Assembly (NCBI RefSeq): GCF_030265065.1
Contig: NC_080406.1
Coordinates: forward strand, 15,785,094 to 15,849,093
Reading direction: 5' to 3'
DNA from: Corythoichthys intestinalis
Taxonomy: Eukaryota
Length of the DNA: 64,000 nucleotides
A model generated the notes under the pieces. The model made no database searches. It had not been told where the DNA came from and was given only the letters and a program-made list of their open reading frames with translations. Below, one piece after another: positions 1 through 11,426 of the stretch. Each line of letters opens with the position of its first letter. Position 1 is the stretch's first letter. The translations under genes were made by a program, and so were the position numbers.

Positions 1-702
1 TCCCAGTCTCAGGTCTTGTGCAGATACCAACAGGTTTTCTTCCAGAATGCTCCTGTATTTGGCTGCATCCATCTTCCCGTCAATTTTAACCATCTTCCCT
101 GTCCCTGCTGAAGAAAAGCAGGCCCAAACCATGATGCTGCCACCACCATGTTTGACAGTGGGGATGGTGTGTTCAGGGTGATGAGCTGTGTTGCTTTTAC
201 GCCAAACATATCGTTTTGCATTGTGGCCAAAAAGTTCAATTTTGGTTTCATCTGACCAGAGCACCTTCTTCCACATGTTTGGTGTGTCTCCCAGGTGGCT
301 TGTGGCAAACTTTAAACGAGACTTTTTATGGATACCTTTCAGAAATGGCTTTCTTCTTGCCACTCTTCCATAAAGGCCAGATTTGTGCAGTGTACGACTG
401 ATTGTTGTCCTATGGACAGACTCTCCCACCTCAGCTGTAGATCTCTGCAGTTCATCCAGAGTGATCGTGGGCCTCTTGGCTGCATCTCTGATCAGTTTTC
501 TCCTTGTTTGAGAAGAAAGTTTGGAAGGACGGCCGGGTCTTGGTAGATTTGCAGTGGTCTGATCCTCCTTCCATTTCAATATGATGGCTTGCACAGTGCT
601 CCTTGAGATGTTTAAAGCTTGGGAAATCTTTTTGTATCCAAATCCGGCTTTAAACTTCTCCACAACAGTATCTCAGACCTGCCTGGTGTGTTCCTTGGTT
701 TT
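1..702 (-). pseudogene. Tc1-A transposase, N-terminal part, inactivated
   Basis: ATG at 702 on the minus strand. Codon 11 is TGA here (GTC TGA GAT) where copy 3 has GTC CGA GAT, so no long ORF is present in the transposase frame. Confidence 0.7.
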
Positions 703-1096
703 CATAATGCTCTCTGCACTTTAAACAGAACCCTGAGACTACCACAGAGCAGGTGCATTTATACGGAGACTTGATTACACACAGGTGGATTCTATTTATC
801 ATCATCGGTCATTTAGGACAACATTGGATCATTCAGAGATCCTCACTGAACTTCTGGAGTGAGTTTGCTGCACTGAAAGTAAAGGGGCCGAATAATATTG
901 CACGCCCCACTTTTCAGTTTTTTATCTGTTAAAAAAGTTTAAATTATCCAATAAATGTTCCACTTCACAATTGTGTCCCACTTGTTGTTGATTCTTGACA
1001 AAAAAAATTAAATTTCATATCTTTATGTTTGAAGCCTGAAATGTGGCGAAAGGTTGCAAGATTCAAGGGGGCCGAATACTTTTGCAAGGCACTGTA
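1..1096 (-). mobile_element. Tc1-like transposon, family A, copy 1 (cut by the window edge)
   Basis: Bases 1-700 match copy 3 at 44196 onward. The terminal repeat GGGGGCCGAATACTTTTGCAAGGCACTG + TA lies at 1063-1096. Confidence 0.85.
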
Positions 1097-1696
1097 CATA
1101 TTGCCATATTTTTTTTCTTATTGATATAACCTGTAAATGATTATTGCTTGCTATACTAGGTTGTAGTATAATGTTTAAGTGTTACAAAGAGTATAGAGGG
1201 TCGGGATGACAACTGCCTTGCTTCATGGCCGCATCATTGCGTAACTAGACCTTCCAGGACATCTTCAGCACCTGGCGTCTGGACTTTCGTCTAGACCTTC
1301 GAGGACAATTTTCCATTCGAGGACATCTTCCATGGCCGCAGCGTTGCATAACTGAAGTGTCTGGGTCATTCTGACCATTTTTTACCTGTGCCTTTGCTTA
1401 CATACGTGTATTTAGTTAGTTCCACCTATATGCTCACACATAGCCAACCAAAATCACATGGGTGTCTCCAGCTTGCTTTCCCCCTCCCTTCAGGGCGGCA
1501 CCGTTCTGTGTTAGGACAAACCCCTAATTAAAAGAGCAAAGAGGGTTTTTTCCTTAGATCAATTTTGGTGACTATACAGCGTAATCTAGCATTCCTCTGT
1601 CTAGTCCCTCTTTGTTCTCCTTGGCCAAGAAAACTGAGTGTCTTCTCTCCTTATTTATGGGTAATTTTACAAATGTCGACCTAAGGGTCTATTTTT

Positions 1697-2008
1697 GAAC
1701 TTGACACCACTCATCAGTGATTGGGCACACACCTGACTTAAATTGTTTGGTAAAAATTGGTTTCAATTGCTCTTTAAGTCTCCTTAGGCAGAGAGTTCAC
1801 TTAACTTTTTTCCACCCTTCTGTCACTGTTGGCATGCTATCCTCATTAAAATATGAAAACCTGTAAATGTTTTGGTGGTTTTAGTTAAAGCAGACACTGT
1901 ATTTTCATCTGTGTGATTTTCACAAAGATCAGATCACATTTAATGGTGATTTTATGCAGAAATGTCAGAAATTCCAAAAGGTTCAGATAATTTTTCTTAC
2001 CAGTGTAT
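1697..2008. mobile_element. Terminal fragment (IR/UTR) of Tc1-like family D
   Basis: About 300 bp match 59390-59699 (…CCAAAAGGTTCAGATA..TTTTTC.TACCAGTGTA terminus). Confidence 0.5.
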
Positions 2009-4142
2009 GTATCTCTTTCCAATGCTAAATCTGCATGAATACATTGAACAAAATTTTTTTGTTGTTGTTGTTGTTTTTTTAAATGTAAATAAGCTCCACC
2101 TATTCTTCGCAGATTTTTGATTATCGCGGGGGAAGGGTCCCCGTTTAATTCTTATTTTTGTGTTTCCAGGTTTGGTCAATGAATAAGCTGATAGCTTAAT
2201 ATGGAGTTGAGTCACATCATTCTTTATCTATATTTGAAGCACACGGGTCAAATATCGTGGTTATCTTGTACATTATTCTATAACCTGAGGCAATAATTTT
2301 AATGACCATTTTTTATTTTTAATTGATCATTATATTATCAGCGACTTGTTAATGAATGGCTTCAAATAAAGCAAAGCTATGTGAAAAACACTCAAACCTC
2401 CACTGTTCACTGTATATAATTAAGCGAAAAAGAGAGATAATAACCAGATTTTTCATTGATGCAAATTAGACCTTTTGGGATTTTTAAATTGAATATAAAC
2501 GGTATGGATTATGAATGAATGAAATCTCCCCCGTTAGGAAAGATTTCCCCACCCTAAAGTAGTACCAGACTTTTCTCATTCTAGTGACCTTGAAAAAAAC
2601 ATTGCAGATTTTATGTGCATCGTGAGGCGAAGCCAATCTTAGGTGGCACTCGACAATATTCCCTCACATAGCGGACGTGGCCCCGTGTCCATAAATCACT
2701 CCCATGACAGCTGCTTGAACTCGGAAAAAGCAATGAACTTAACTATGACTCACACGCTCCTATTTTTTACTCTGTTTAAATCAGTGGTGGCCAAAGTTGA
2801 ACCATTTTTTGCTCATGCACATACATAGGCTACACAGCATATAGTATGATAAATTTAAGGGAACACAGCACAAAACAGAGAGTTATTCTTGTGCTTGCCT
2901 GCATTGTAATTCATGTTCCGGTGTTTATGGTCTGAATGCGAAGACTGCTTCTGTTACTTTCCTTTTCTTAGCAGGGGCGAATTTAGTGAGATCCAGGGCC
3001 TACGGGCACTCTCCAAAAAAAAAAAAAAATGCTCCTCTTACAGACAGTCATTTGTTTGTTTTCCTATACCAGCCAATAGCCTGACCTGGTTGACATTGGA
3101 TTATTTTGAACCATTTTTGTTTAGAAAACAAATTGTGAAGATAATATTCTGGACTCAGCATTACATTTTCCTGCGTTTAGCCCTCCGTGGAAAAGGATCA
3201 CTGATTTTAGAGATTCATCAGTTTAAAATATAATCTTATCCCTATTTGCATTGGCCACGTTTATAGGACATGCTGCTAATAACCCTTTCAAAATCAGATT
3301 ATTGGCAGACTTAACCCAGTTGTGCTGAGCCATGTAAACACATTCAAAAACCCAAATATGCTCATATACAGGATTTCAAAAACCCGATTACGCCCCCTTT
3401 TCTAATATGAATATCTGGTCATGTAAATCTGCTGTCGGGATAGACGCTCTGTGCATGCTCCATTAGCAAGAAATTTAGGTCTCTTGAGTAGAAGAAGCAG
3501 GTGTTGCTGTCTAATACATGGCGAAAAACAGCAAAATGCTTCTGGAAAGAGAAGGAAACTCATGACTTCATTAGTGTAGTGAAAGATTCAAGTCATTAAA
3601 GGGATCCTCTGTTTTTAAGACAAGTAATTCCTAAAAGATAAATGTTAGTATAAGTTATAATAATTTGATATTAAAACCCCTCTTAATGTTTTTGTTTTAA
3701 TAAAGTTTGTAAAATTATTTTAAGTGATAGGTCGCCATTCTTGTTACGTCGCAGTGCGTGACGTCACTGGTCCGGTTCCAGCGTATCACTCGTTAGCTTT
3801 CCCAACATGTCGTGTTCTACTCTTCCTATTTGAACCAGATCTGAAAAGTGATGAGCAGGACAGCACTGTCGGTCGTTCACAAGATGAGTTTCAGGGAAAA
3901 ATGCGTGCAGCAAATACCTGATAAGACAAAATTTGGGCAAAACTGGTGATGCGAGAGAGTGCTGTTGGGAAGTCCGATTGGGAGCGAGAGTCTATGCTGT
4001 CCGGTTTTATTAGCAGATATTCAAGGTAAGCATATTGCGTTTTCAAACTTATCCCAATATAATTATGTAGATTGTTAGCATCCAGAGCTGCCGTGTGCTT
4101 ACAGTACAGGCCAAAGAGTACACCTTGACTAATGTCTTGTAC

Positions 4143-4795
4143 ATTGTAACGCGTGGTAGCTAGGATACGTGTATAAAAGTACTAAAAATGGGAGAAGCTT
4201 CCACTTATGCACATTTATTCACAAAAAATAATATTTCCACCTTGACCACTCTTCACTCGGGAGCTCAGCAGTACGCAAACACGGGTTCCCTGACGAACTC
4301 CCAACATTGTTGTAAGGTCCACGTCAGAGTCACTGTCGTCACTGTAGCGTGCCATAGTGCTTTACTTATTTAGTATGATTTAGAGAAAACTCCCACGAAG
4401 AATAGTCAACAAAAAAGATAGCAATAGTAATCCAAATCCGCGTTTTTTACTCACTCGAAGATCCAGGAATTAGACTGATACCATGGCAATGTTGCAGCCG
4501 CGATTAGGTCGTCGATTCCACAAAATAGACTGATCCGAAAAGCCGCTGTGGGACCGACGAATCAAAAAAATGGACAGATCTGAAACCAATATTGCAGACG
4601 CGGTGGGACCGTCGGATCCAGAAAATAGACGGATCCCTCACTTGACTGAGGATCCAGGAAAAATGTTCGGGCGCTAGTTGTAACGCGTGGTGGGTAGGAT
4701 ACGTGCATACAGGGACCAAAAAGGGGGAGGAGCACCCACTTATGCACATTTATTCACTAAAAATACTAATTCCACCTTGACCACTCCCCTTGTTT
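4143..4795. repeat. Pair of ~120-bp direct repeats (4143-4260 and 4680-4795) around short internal GATCC-rich repeats
   Basis: Near-identical block TGTAACGCGTGGT.GGTAGGATACGTG…CCACTTATGCACATTTATTCAC…TTCCACCTTGACCACTC occurs twice. Confidence 0.4.
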
Positions 4796-5777
4796 CCATT
4801 TGACTGGAAATTGCATCCAAAAGCAGCACATCGTGGCATTTTACTTCGCGAGTTTGGGCAGCAATAAGCAATTGTTGAACACCAAAGACACCAATGACGT
4901 CATCACTGCGAGCCCGCAAACCATGGCGCCAACTAACGGTCAAAATATGGACTAAATATTATAAAATATTGCTATTGATTTAACATTTTATGTGTTTATA
5001 ACAACATATTTTGGTACAAGAGAACAATTGTGGTTTATTAGAGCTTACATTTATTTAAGTTAGAGGATCACTTTAAAGGACCTGTGACATCACAAAAGAA
5101 ATCTTAAATATCATTACTTTTGGAATTAATATCATATTTTGAGATGATTCAACTATATACAACAATTTTGTAAAGCGCTGATGACGAGAAATGCATCTTT
5201 AGAATGCGTACGACAGGCTAAAAAAAATCTTAATAGCATGATTATGTGAATTACAATATTTTGAGATGATTCGACTACATACAACAATTTGACAAAGCGC
5301 AGATGACGAGAAATTAGTATTTTAATCCGCCGTCTAGCCAGGCCTACCATTAATAGGGCTCTAGCGTCCCCAATAGGTGGATGACGTCAGCGGGGGAATG
5401 GTTTCATCTGATTTAGTATGCAGCCCATTGAGGGGGGAATTATTCATAACGTGGAAAATGCGACGAAGAGAGCCGCAAAATCTCATTGTTTCAGTCTGTG
5501 TACTCCAATATTTTTAAAGATATTCAATTTTACAGAAGTATTTTCCCAATTGCTAAATAAATGGTAGGGTCATGACAAATAACAATCTTGTGCTAAATGG
5601 GATATGAAATAATAAAAATGCATTTATTCAGTACGACATGGCAAAATTACTCCATAATGGTCAAAACTGTCGACTTCACTTTTACTGTCGCATCTCCCGA
5701 AAGCTACATTATTCCACCGTAGTTAGTAAGGCTTTTGACATTTCCCAGCCCCCTGGCTTCAGAGAATGTAACAAAGG

Positions 5778-5800
5778 GTTAGGGGTTAGGGTTAGGGTTT
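5778..5800. repeat. Interstitial telomere-like repeat (TTAGGG)3-4
   Basis: GGTTAGGGGTTAGGGTTAGGGTT lies directly next to the TA target of Tc1-A copy 2. Confidence 0.6.
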
Positions 5801-5804
5801 AAGA

Positions 5805-7436
5805 TACAGTGCCTTGCAAAAGTATTCGGCCCCCTTGAATCTTGCAACCTTTTGCCACATTTCAGGCTTCAAACATAAAGATATGAAATTTAATTTTTTT
5901 GTCAAGAATCAACAACAAGTGGGACACAATCGTGAAGTGGAACAACATTTATTGGATAATTTAAACTTTTTTAACAAATAAAAAACTGAAAAGTGGGGCG
6001 TGCAATATTATTCAGCCCCTTTACTTTCAGTGCAGCAAACTCACTCCAGAAGTTCAGTGAGGATCTCTGAATGATCCAGTGTTGTCCTAAATGACCGATG
6101 ACGATAAATAGAATCCACCATTGTGTAATCAAGTCTCCGTATAAATGCACCTTCTCTGTGATAGTCTCAGGGTTCTGTTTAAAGTGCAGAGAGCATTATG
6201 AAAACCAAGGAACACACCAGGCAGGTCCGAGATACTGTTGTGGAGAAGTTTAAAGCCGGATTTGGATACAAAAAGATTTCCCAAGCTTTAAACATCTCAA
6301 GGAGCACTGTGCAAGCCATCATATTGAAATGGAAGGAGCATCAGACCACTGCAAATCTACCAAGACCCGGCCGTCCTTCCAAACTTTCTTCTCAAACAAG
6401 GAGAAAACTGATCAGAGATGCAGCCAAGAGGCCCATGATCACTCTGGATGAACTGCAGAGATCTACAGCTGAGGTGGGAGAGTGTCCATAGGACAACAAT
6501 CAGTCGTACACTGCACAAATCTGGCCTTTATGGAAGAGTGGCAAGAAGAAAGCCATTTCTCAAAGATATCCATAAAAAGTCTCGTTTAAAGTTTGCCACA
6601 AGCCACCTGGGAGACACACCAAACATGTGGAAGAAGGTGCTCTGGTCAGATGAAACCAAAATTGAACTTTTTGGCCACAATGCAAAACGATATGTTTGGC
6701 GTAAAAGCAACACAGCTCATCACCCTGAACACACCATCCCCACTGTCAAACATGGTGGTGGCAGCATCATGGTTTGGGCCTGCTTTTCTTCAGCAGGGAC
6801 AGGGAAGATGATTAAAATTGACGGGAAGATGGATACAGCCAAATACAGGAACATTCTGGAAGAAAACCTGTTGGTATCTGCACAAGACCTGAGACTGGGA
6901 CGGAGATTTATCTTCCAACAGGACAATGACCCAAAACATAAAGCCAAATCTACAATGGAATGCTTCAAAAATAAACGTATCCAAGTGTTAGAATGGCCAA
7001 CTCAAAGTCCAGACCTGAATCCAATCAAGAATCTGTGGAAAGAGCTGAAGACTGCTGTTCACAAACACTCTCCATCCAACCTCACTGAGCTCGAGCTGTT
7101 TTGCAAGGAAGAATTGGCAAGAATGTCAGTCTCTCGATGTGCAAAACTGATAGAAACATACCCCAAGCGACTTGCAGCTGTAATTGGAGCAAAAGGTGGC
7201 GCTACAAAGTATTAACGCAAGGGGGCCGAATAATATTGCACGCCCCACTTTTCAGTTTTTTATTTGTTAAAAAAGTTTAAATTATCCAATAAATTTTGTT
7301 CCACTTCACGATTGTGTCCCACTTGTTGTTGATTCTTGACAAAAAATTAAATTTTTTTATCTTTATGTTTGAAGCCTGAAATGTGGTGAAAGGTTGCAAG
7401 GTTCAAGGGGGCCGAATACTTTTGCAAGGCACTGTA
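5805..7436 (+). mobile_element. Tc1-like transposon family A, copy 2 (full length, transposase frameshifted)
   Basis: TACAGTGCCTTGCAAAAGTATTCGGCCCCCTTGAA terminal repeats at both ends, TA flanks, 1632 bp. Confidence 0.9.
6198..7215 (+). pseudogene. Tc1-A transposase with a 2-bp deletion
   Basis: ORFs 6198-6491 and 6448-7215 together cover the 339-aa protein of copy 3. At about 6480 this copy reads GAGAGTGTCCATAGG where copy 3 has GAGAGTCTGTCCATAGG. Confidence 0.85.
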
Positions 7437-7539
7437 TACAGTATGTGAATATGAAATATTAAAAATGCATTTATTCCGTACGACAGGGCTAAATTACTGA
7501 ATCATGGTCAAAGCTGCCGACTTCTTAAACCTTCCGAAC

Positions 7540-8484
7540 TAGTGATGTGTCGGTCGCGAACGAGCCGGTACAAAGAGCCTACTCTTTGAAGTGAACGATG
7601 AGAGCCGGCACCCTCGCTCGAGAGCCAGCTCGGTCATTTTCCCTTCTATCTATCCATCTATCCATCCATCCATCCATCCGTCCATCCATCTAGGAAAGGA
7701 CAACACACGAACACGGTTTCTAGGCCTTCAAGATGAGCAGAAAACGCAGTAACATTTGGAGACATTCTAATTGGTTAAAGTCACATGACAATAGGGCAGA
7801 GTGCCCTGTCTGTAAACTTAACCCCTTATAGCTTAATGTATCGCATTTGACACACTTAGAATTTCATTAATTTGAGACTCTAATATAGAAATTTGAATTT
7901 TTTTTTTTTTTTTAATTGAAGGATGCAAGTCAACACATGCATCTGCAGGTTCCATGAAAAAAAAAAAAAATCTGAATTTAGCTGAAAGACTGGACAAATA
8001 ATTACTGACAGAAGGAGCCGGATCAGCCCGTCCAAGTTGAAGTATTTAGTTTTCTTGAATGCAAATTTAAAATAAATCAAGAAGTAGCTTATGTTTGTTA
8101 AAATAAAGCAAGGAGTAGCTTATGTTTGTTTTGTTCGCTGTTGCTGTTACAACTCACTATTTTCGTTATGATGCAGCATGTTTGATTGTTGTTGGTTGAA
8201 GTTTGATTTTGTTGCTTGTTTATTGTTTGGAACCTTTTTAATGTTCAATAAAATAAGCAAAAAACCCTTTTCTTTGCTTGATAATTTTTGCTATTTGCAG
8301 TCAGTAGACTGCAATATTTAGTTCACCAAGTCATTTATCGAAATATATGCTAAATTTGTCATAAATATTTAAAAGAAAAGCTAAAGTTAAAAGAGCTGTA
8401 TGAGAGCCAAAAAGAGCCGACTCTTTTCACTGAGCCGATCCAAATGAACCGGATCACCGAAAAGAGCCGAAAATCCCATCACTA
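7540..8484. mobile_element. hAT-type non-autonomous element (TAGTG-TIR family), copy A
   Basis: Ends TAGTGATGTGTCGGTCGCGAACGAGCCGG … ATCCCATCACTA. It is flanked by the 8-bp duplication TTCCGAAC / TTCCGAAT. The ends match those of the element at 45555-48736. The interior holds a (CCAT)n tract and a short tandem duplication. Confidence 0.6.
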
Positions 8485-8499
8485 TTCCGAATGGTATTT

Positions 8500-8962
8500 T
8501 ACGCCACCGGTGTTAGTCCGGGCTCTTGTCATTTCCCTGCGGGGACTTGAGAGAGATCGAGGAAAGAGCATAAACAAAAGAGGAGGATAGGAGCTAGGCT
8601 ACATGCTAACTCGAACAGAGTGGCTCTTCCAAGTTTCTTCCTCGCCTTTCGAGCACGAGAAATCACATATAACTACCCCAACTCATGTCACACACGGCGG
8701 CGGGGGCGACTGTCTTCACCAATCGGCCAGCCCCCGGCGGTGAGCAAGTTTCGGCTCGTCGTTCCGTTGCTGCGGCCCTGGCAGGAGTGCTCGTCGCCAG
8801 GGGCGCAGCAGGGGAATGAACACCGAAAATGGCGCATTCTCAGTGGACAAACCAGCTGTCGTCGGAGCACATGGCTGCCCGAGCCCAAGCTGAGGATAGC
8901 GCTCTCTCGGAGGGCAAGCGAAAAGGGCCAAGGAGGGTGGAAGTCGCTTTCGAACACACACA
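8500..8962. repeat. GC-rich dispersed repeat R5 (second copy inverted at 62040-62410)
   Basis: Shared segments CTTGTCATTTCCC…GGGG and CCGGCGGTGAGCAAGTT..GCTCGTCG. The ORFs called here are GC-driven artefacts. Confidence 0.4.
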
Positions 8963-10340
8963 TACAGTGGAGCAAATAAGTATTTAGTCAACCACCAATC
9001 GTGCAAGTTCTCCTCCTTGAAAAGATTAGAGAGGCCTGTAACTGCCAACATAGGTAAGCCTCAACCATGAGAGACAGAATGTGGAAAACCAAAACAGAAA
9101 ATCACATTGTTTGATTTTTAAAGAATTTATTTCCAAATTACAGTGGAAAATAAGTATTTGGTCACCTACAAACAAGCAAGATTTCTGGCTGTCAAAGAGG
9201 TCTAACTTCTTCTAACGAGGTCTAACGAGGCTCCACTCGTTACCTGTATTAATGGCACCTGTTTTAACTCATTATCGGTATAAAAGACACCTGTCCACAA
9301 CCTCAGTCAGTCACACTCCAAACTCCACTATGGCCAAGACCAAAGAGCTGTCAAAGGACACCAGAAACAAAATTGTAGACCTGCACCAGGCTGGGAAGAC
9401 TGAATCTGCCATAGGTAAAACGCTTGGTGTAAAGAAATCAACTGTGGGAGCAATTATTAGAAAATGGAAGACATACAAGACCACTGATAATCTCCCTCGA
9501 TCTGGGGCTCCATGCAAGATCTCACCCCGTGGCGTCAAAATGATAAAAAGAACGTTGAGCAAAAATCCCCGAACCACACGGGGGGACTTAGTGAATGACC
9601 TACAGAGAGCTGGGACCACAGTAACAAAGGCTACTATCAGCAACACAATGTGCCGCTAGGGACTCAAATCTTGCACTGCCAGACGTGTCACCCTGCTGAA
9701 GAAAGTACACGTCCAGGCCCGTCTGCGATTCGCTAGAGAGCATTTGAAAGATCCAGAAGAGGACTGGGAGAATGTGTTATGGTCAGATAAAACCAAAATA
9801 GAACTTTTTGGTAGAAACACAGGTTCTCGTGTTTGGAAGAGAAAGAATACTGAATTGCATCCGAAGAACACCATACCCACTGTGAAGCATGGGGGTGGAA
9901 ACATCATGCTTTGGGGCTGTTTTCTGCAAAGGGACCAGGACGACTGATCTGTGTAAAGGAAAGAATGAATGGGGCCATGTATCGAGAGATTTTGAGTGAA
10001 AATCTCCTTCCATCAGCAAGGGCATTGAAGATGAGACGTGACTGGGTCTTTCAGCATGACAATGATCCCAAACACACAGCCAGGGCAACAAAGGAGTGGC
10101 TTCATAAGAAGCATTTCAAGGTCCTGGAGTGGCCTAGCCAGTCTCCAGATCTCAACCCCATAGAAAATCTGTGGAGGGAGTTGAAAGTCCCTCTTGCCCA
10201 ACGACAGCCCCAAAACATCACTGCTCTAGAGGAGATCTGCATGGAGGAATGGGCCAAAATACCAGCAACAGTGTGTGAAAAGCTTGTGAAGAGTTACAGA
10301 AAACGTTTGGCGTTCGTTATTGCCAACAAAGGACTAATGA
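8963..10340 (+). mobile_element. Tc1-like transposon family B, copy 1 (3' truncated)
   Basis: Left IR/DR TACAGTGGAGCAAATAAGTATTTAGTCA … GGAAAATAAGTATTTGGTCACC, then 5'UTR, then transposase. No right IR follows 10340. Confidence 0.8.
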
Positions 10341-10372
10341 CAGTCCATTTGCGCCACGTCACCAAGCGTTGA
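9330..10372 (+). pseudogene. Tc1-B transposase (Sleeping-Beauty-like), broken into three ORFs
   Basis: [23 protein letters not shown]…; [11 protein letters not shown]; [15 protein letters not shown]; [10 protein letters not shown]; [16 protein letters not shown]. There is an in-frame stop at 9657 and a frameshift near 9930. The C-terminus departs from the FVIANKGxATKY consensus. Confidence 0.8.
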
Positions 10373-11426
10373 CGCGTTGACCAGTCAGAAAATTGTGGAG
10401 ATGCACATCAGGCTATGGCGAAGGGTCGTAAATCGGCTCTGCCTTGGCAGTGCAGGTCTGCTGCAGAAACATAACTCGGTGTTAAGTCTTTCATTGGCAG
10501 TAAAGTCCCAGGATTGTGAGATTTACAAGAAGTTCATGTGGGATCCTGAAATGATTTGCCATGCGAAAGGAATATGACGATTGATTTACGACCGTGTATG
10601 CTGGCGCCTGTCAACGGATACTTCCAACTGTCTAAAAATTAGAAATATTGACATTAATCTAAATATTGTCTGGATATAAACATAGCCAAGATTAGTTTTC
10701 CTGCGCTTTGAAAACACTTTAATGAATCCCTGCGTCATCAGTCTCAAATGCCGTATAGTGTGTTTTTTAGGAAATGTCAATGATCCTTGAACTCTCACAG
10801 ACGTTTGATAGCCCTTAGTGGGTAAGCATTGGCGCCGCTGATGCACCGTGCCCGGTTTCATTCCGCAAATTCCTGATAGAAAATGTGAGCCTGTTGGGAA
10901 ATTATTATCACGGGCGTATCATTTTTCATACGATGATTGGTTATTTTCCCTGAGAAATGAGAAGCCAAGAACACACGCACGCACACACCTACACGCACAG
11001 CGTGCGTGAAGTAGCAGGTGTAATCGAGGAAATCAGTACACTGCTTACTATTCATGGTACCACTATTGAAGGGGAGTTTCTGTATTATCGCCTCTTTATC
11101 ACTTTTGTGGTGTTCTTTGGGAGTGTGAATTAAAGATTCTCCACACATACCTTGATTGTGAATAATGGTAGGTTCCTATAGGTTCTCATGCAAGTCCACA
11201 GCTATAGTATCTGATTTTTGTAGTAGTATTTTCCCATGAGCCACAGAGAGAGCACAGAGTTATGTTTGTTGTTTTATTCCAAGAAGAGAACAAACAGACA
11301 CACGGAATACAGTACACTAACGTGTATGGCATGGCAGTAGCTTCCACATAAACTTGAATTATCTGACTTTCCGGTTTGCTTGAATGCAGGAATTAGTCCA
11401 TGTAAAAAATTCCATCGTATATTGTT

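Noticed and set aside
8620-9051. ORFs of 95-119 aa in GC-rich sequence, and the matching ones at 62034-62358.
   Set aside because: They lie within the GC-rich repeat R5 on both strands. High GC removes stop codons, and there are no coding signatures.
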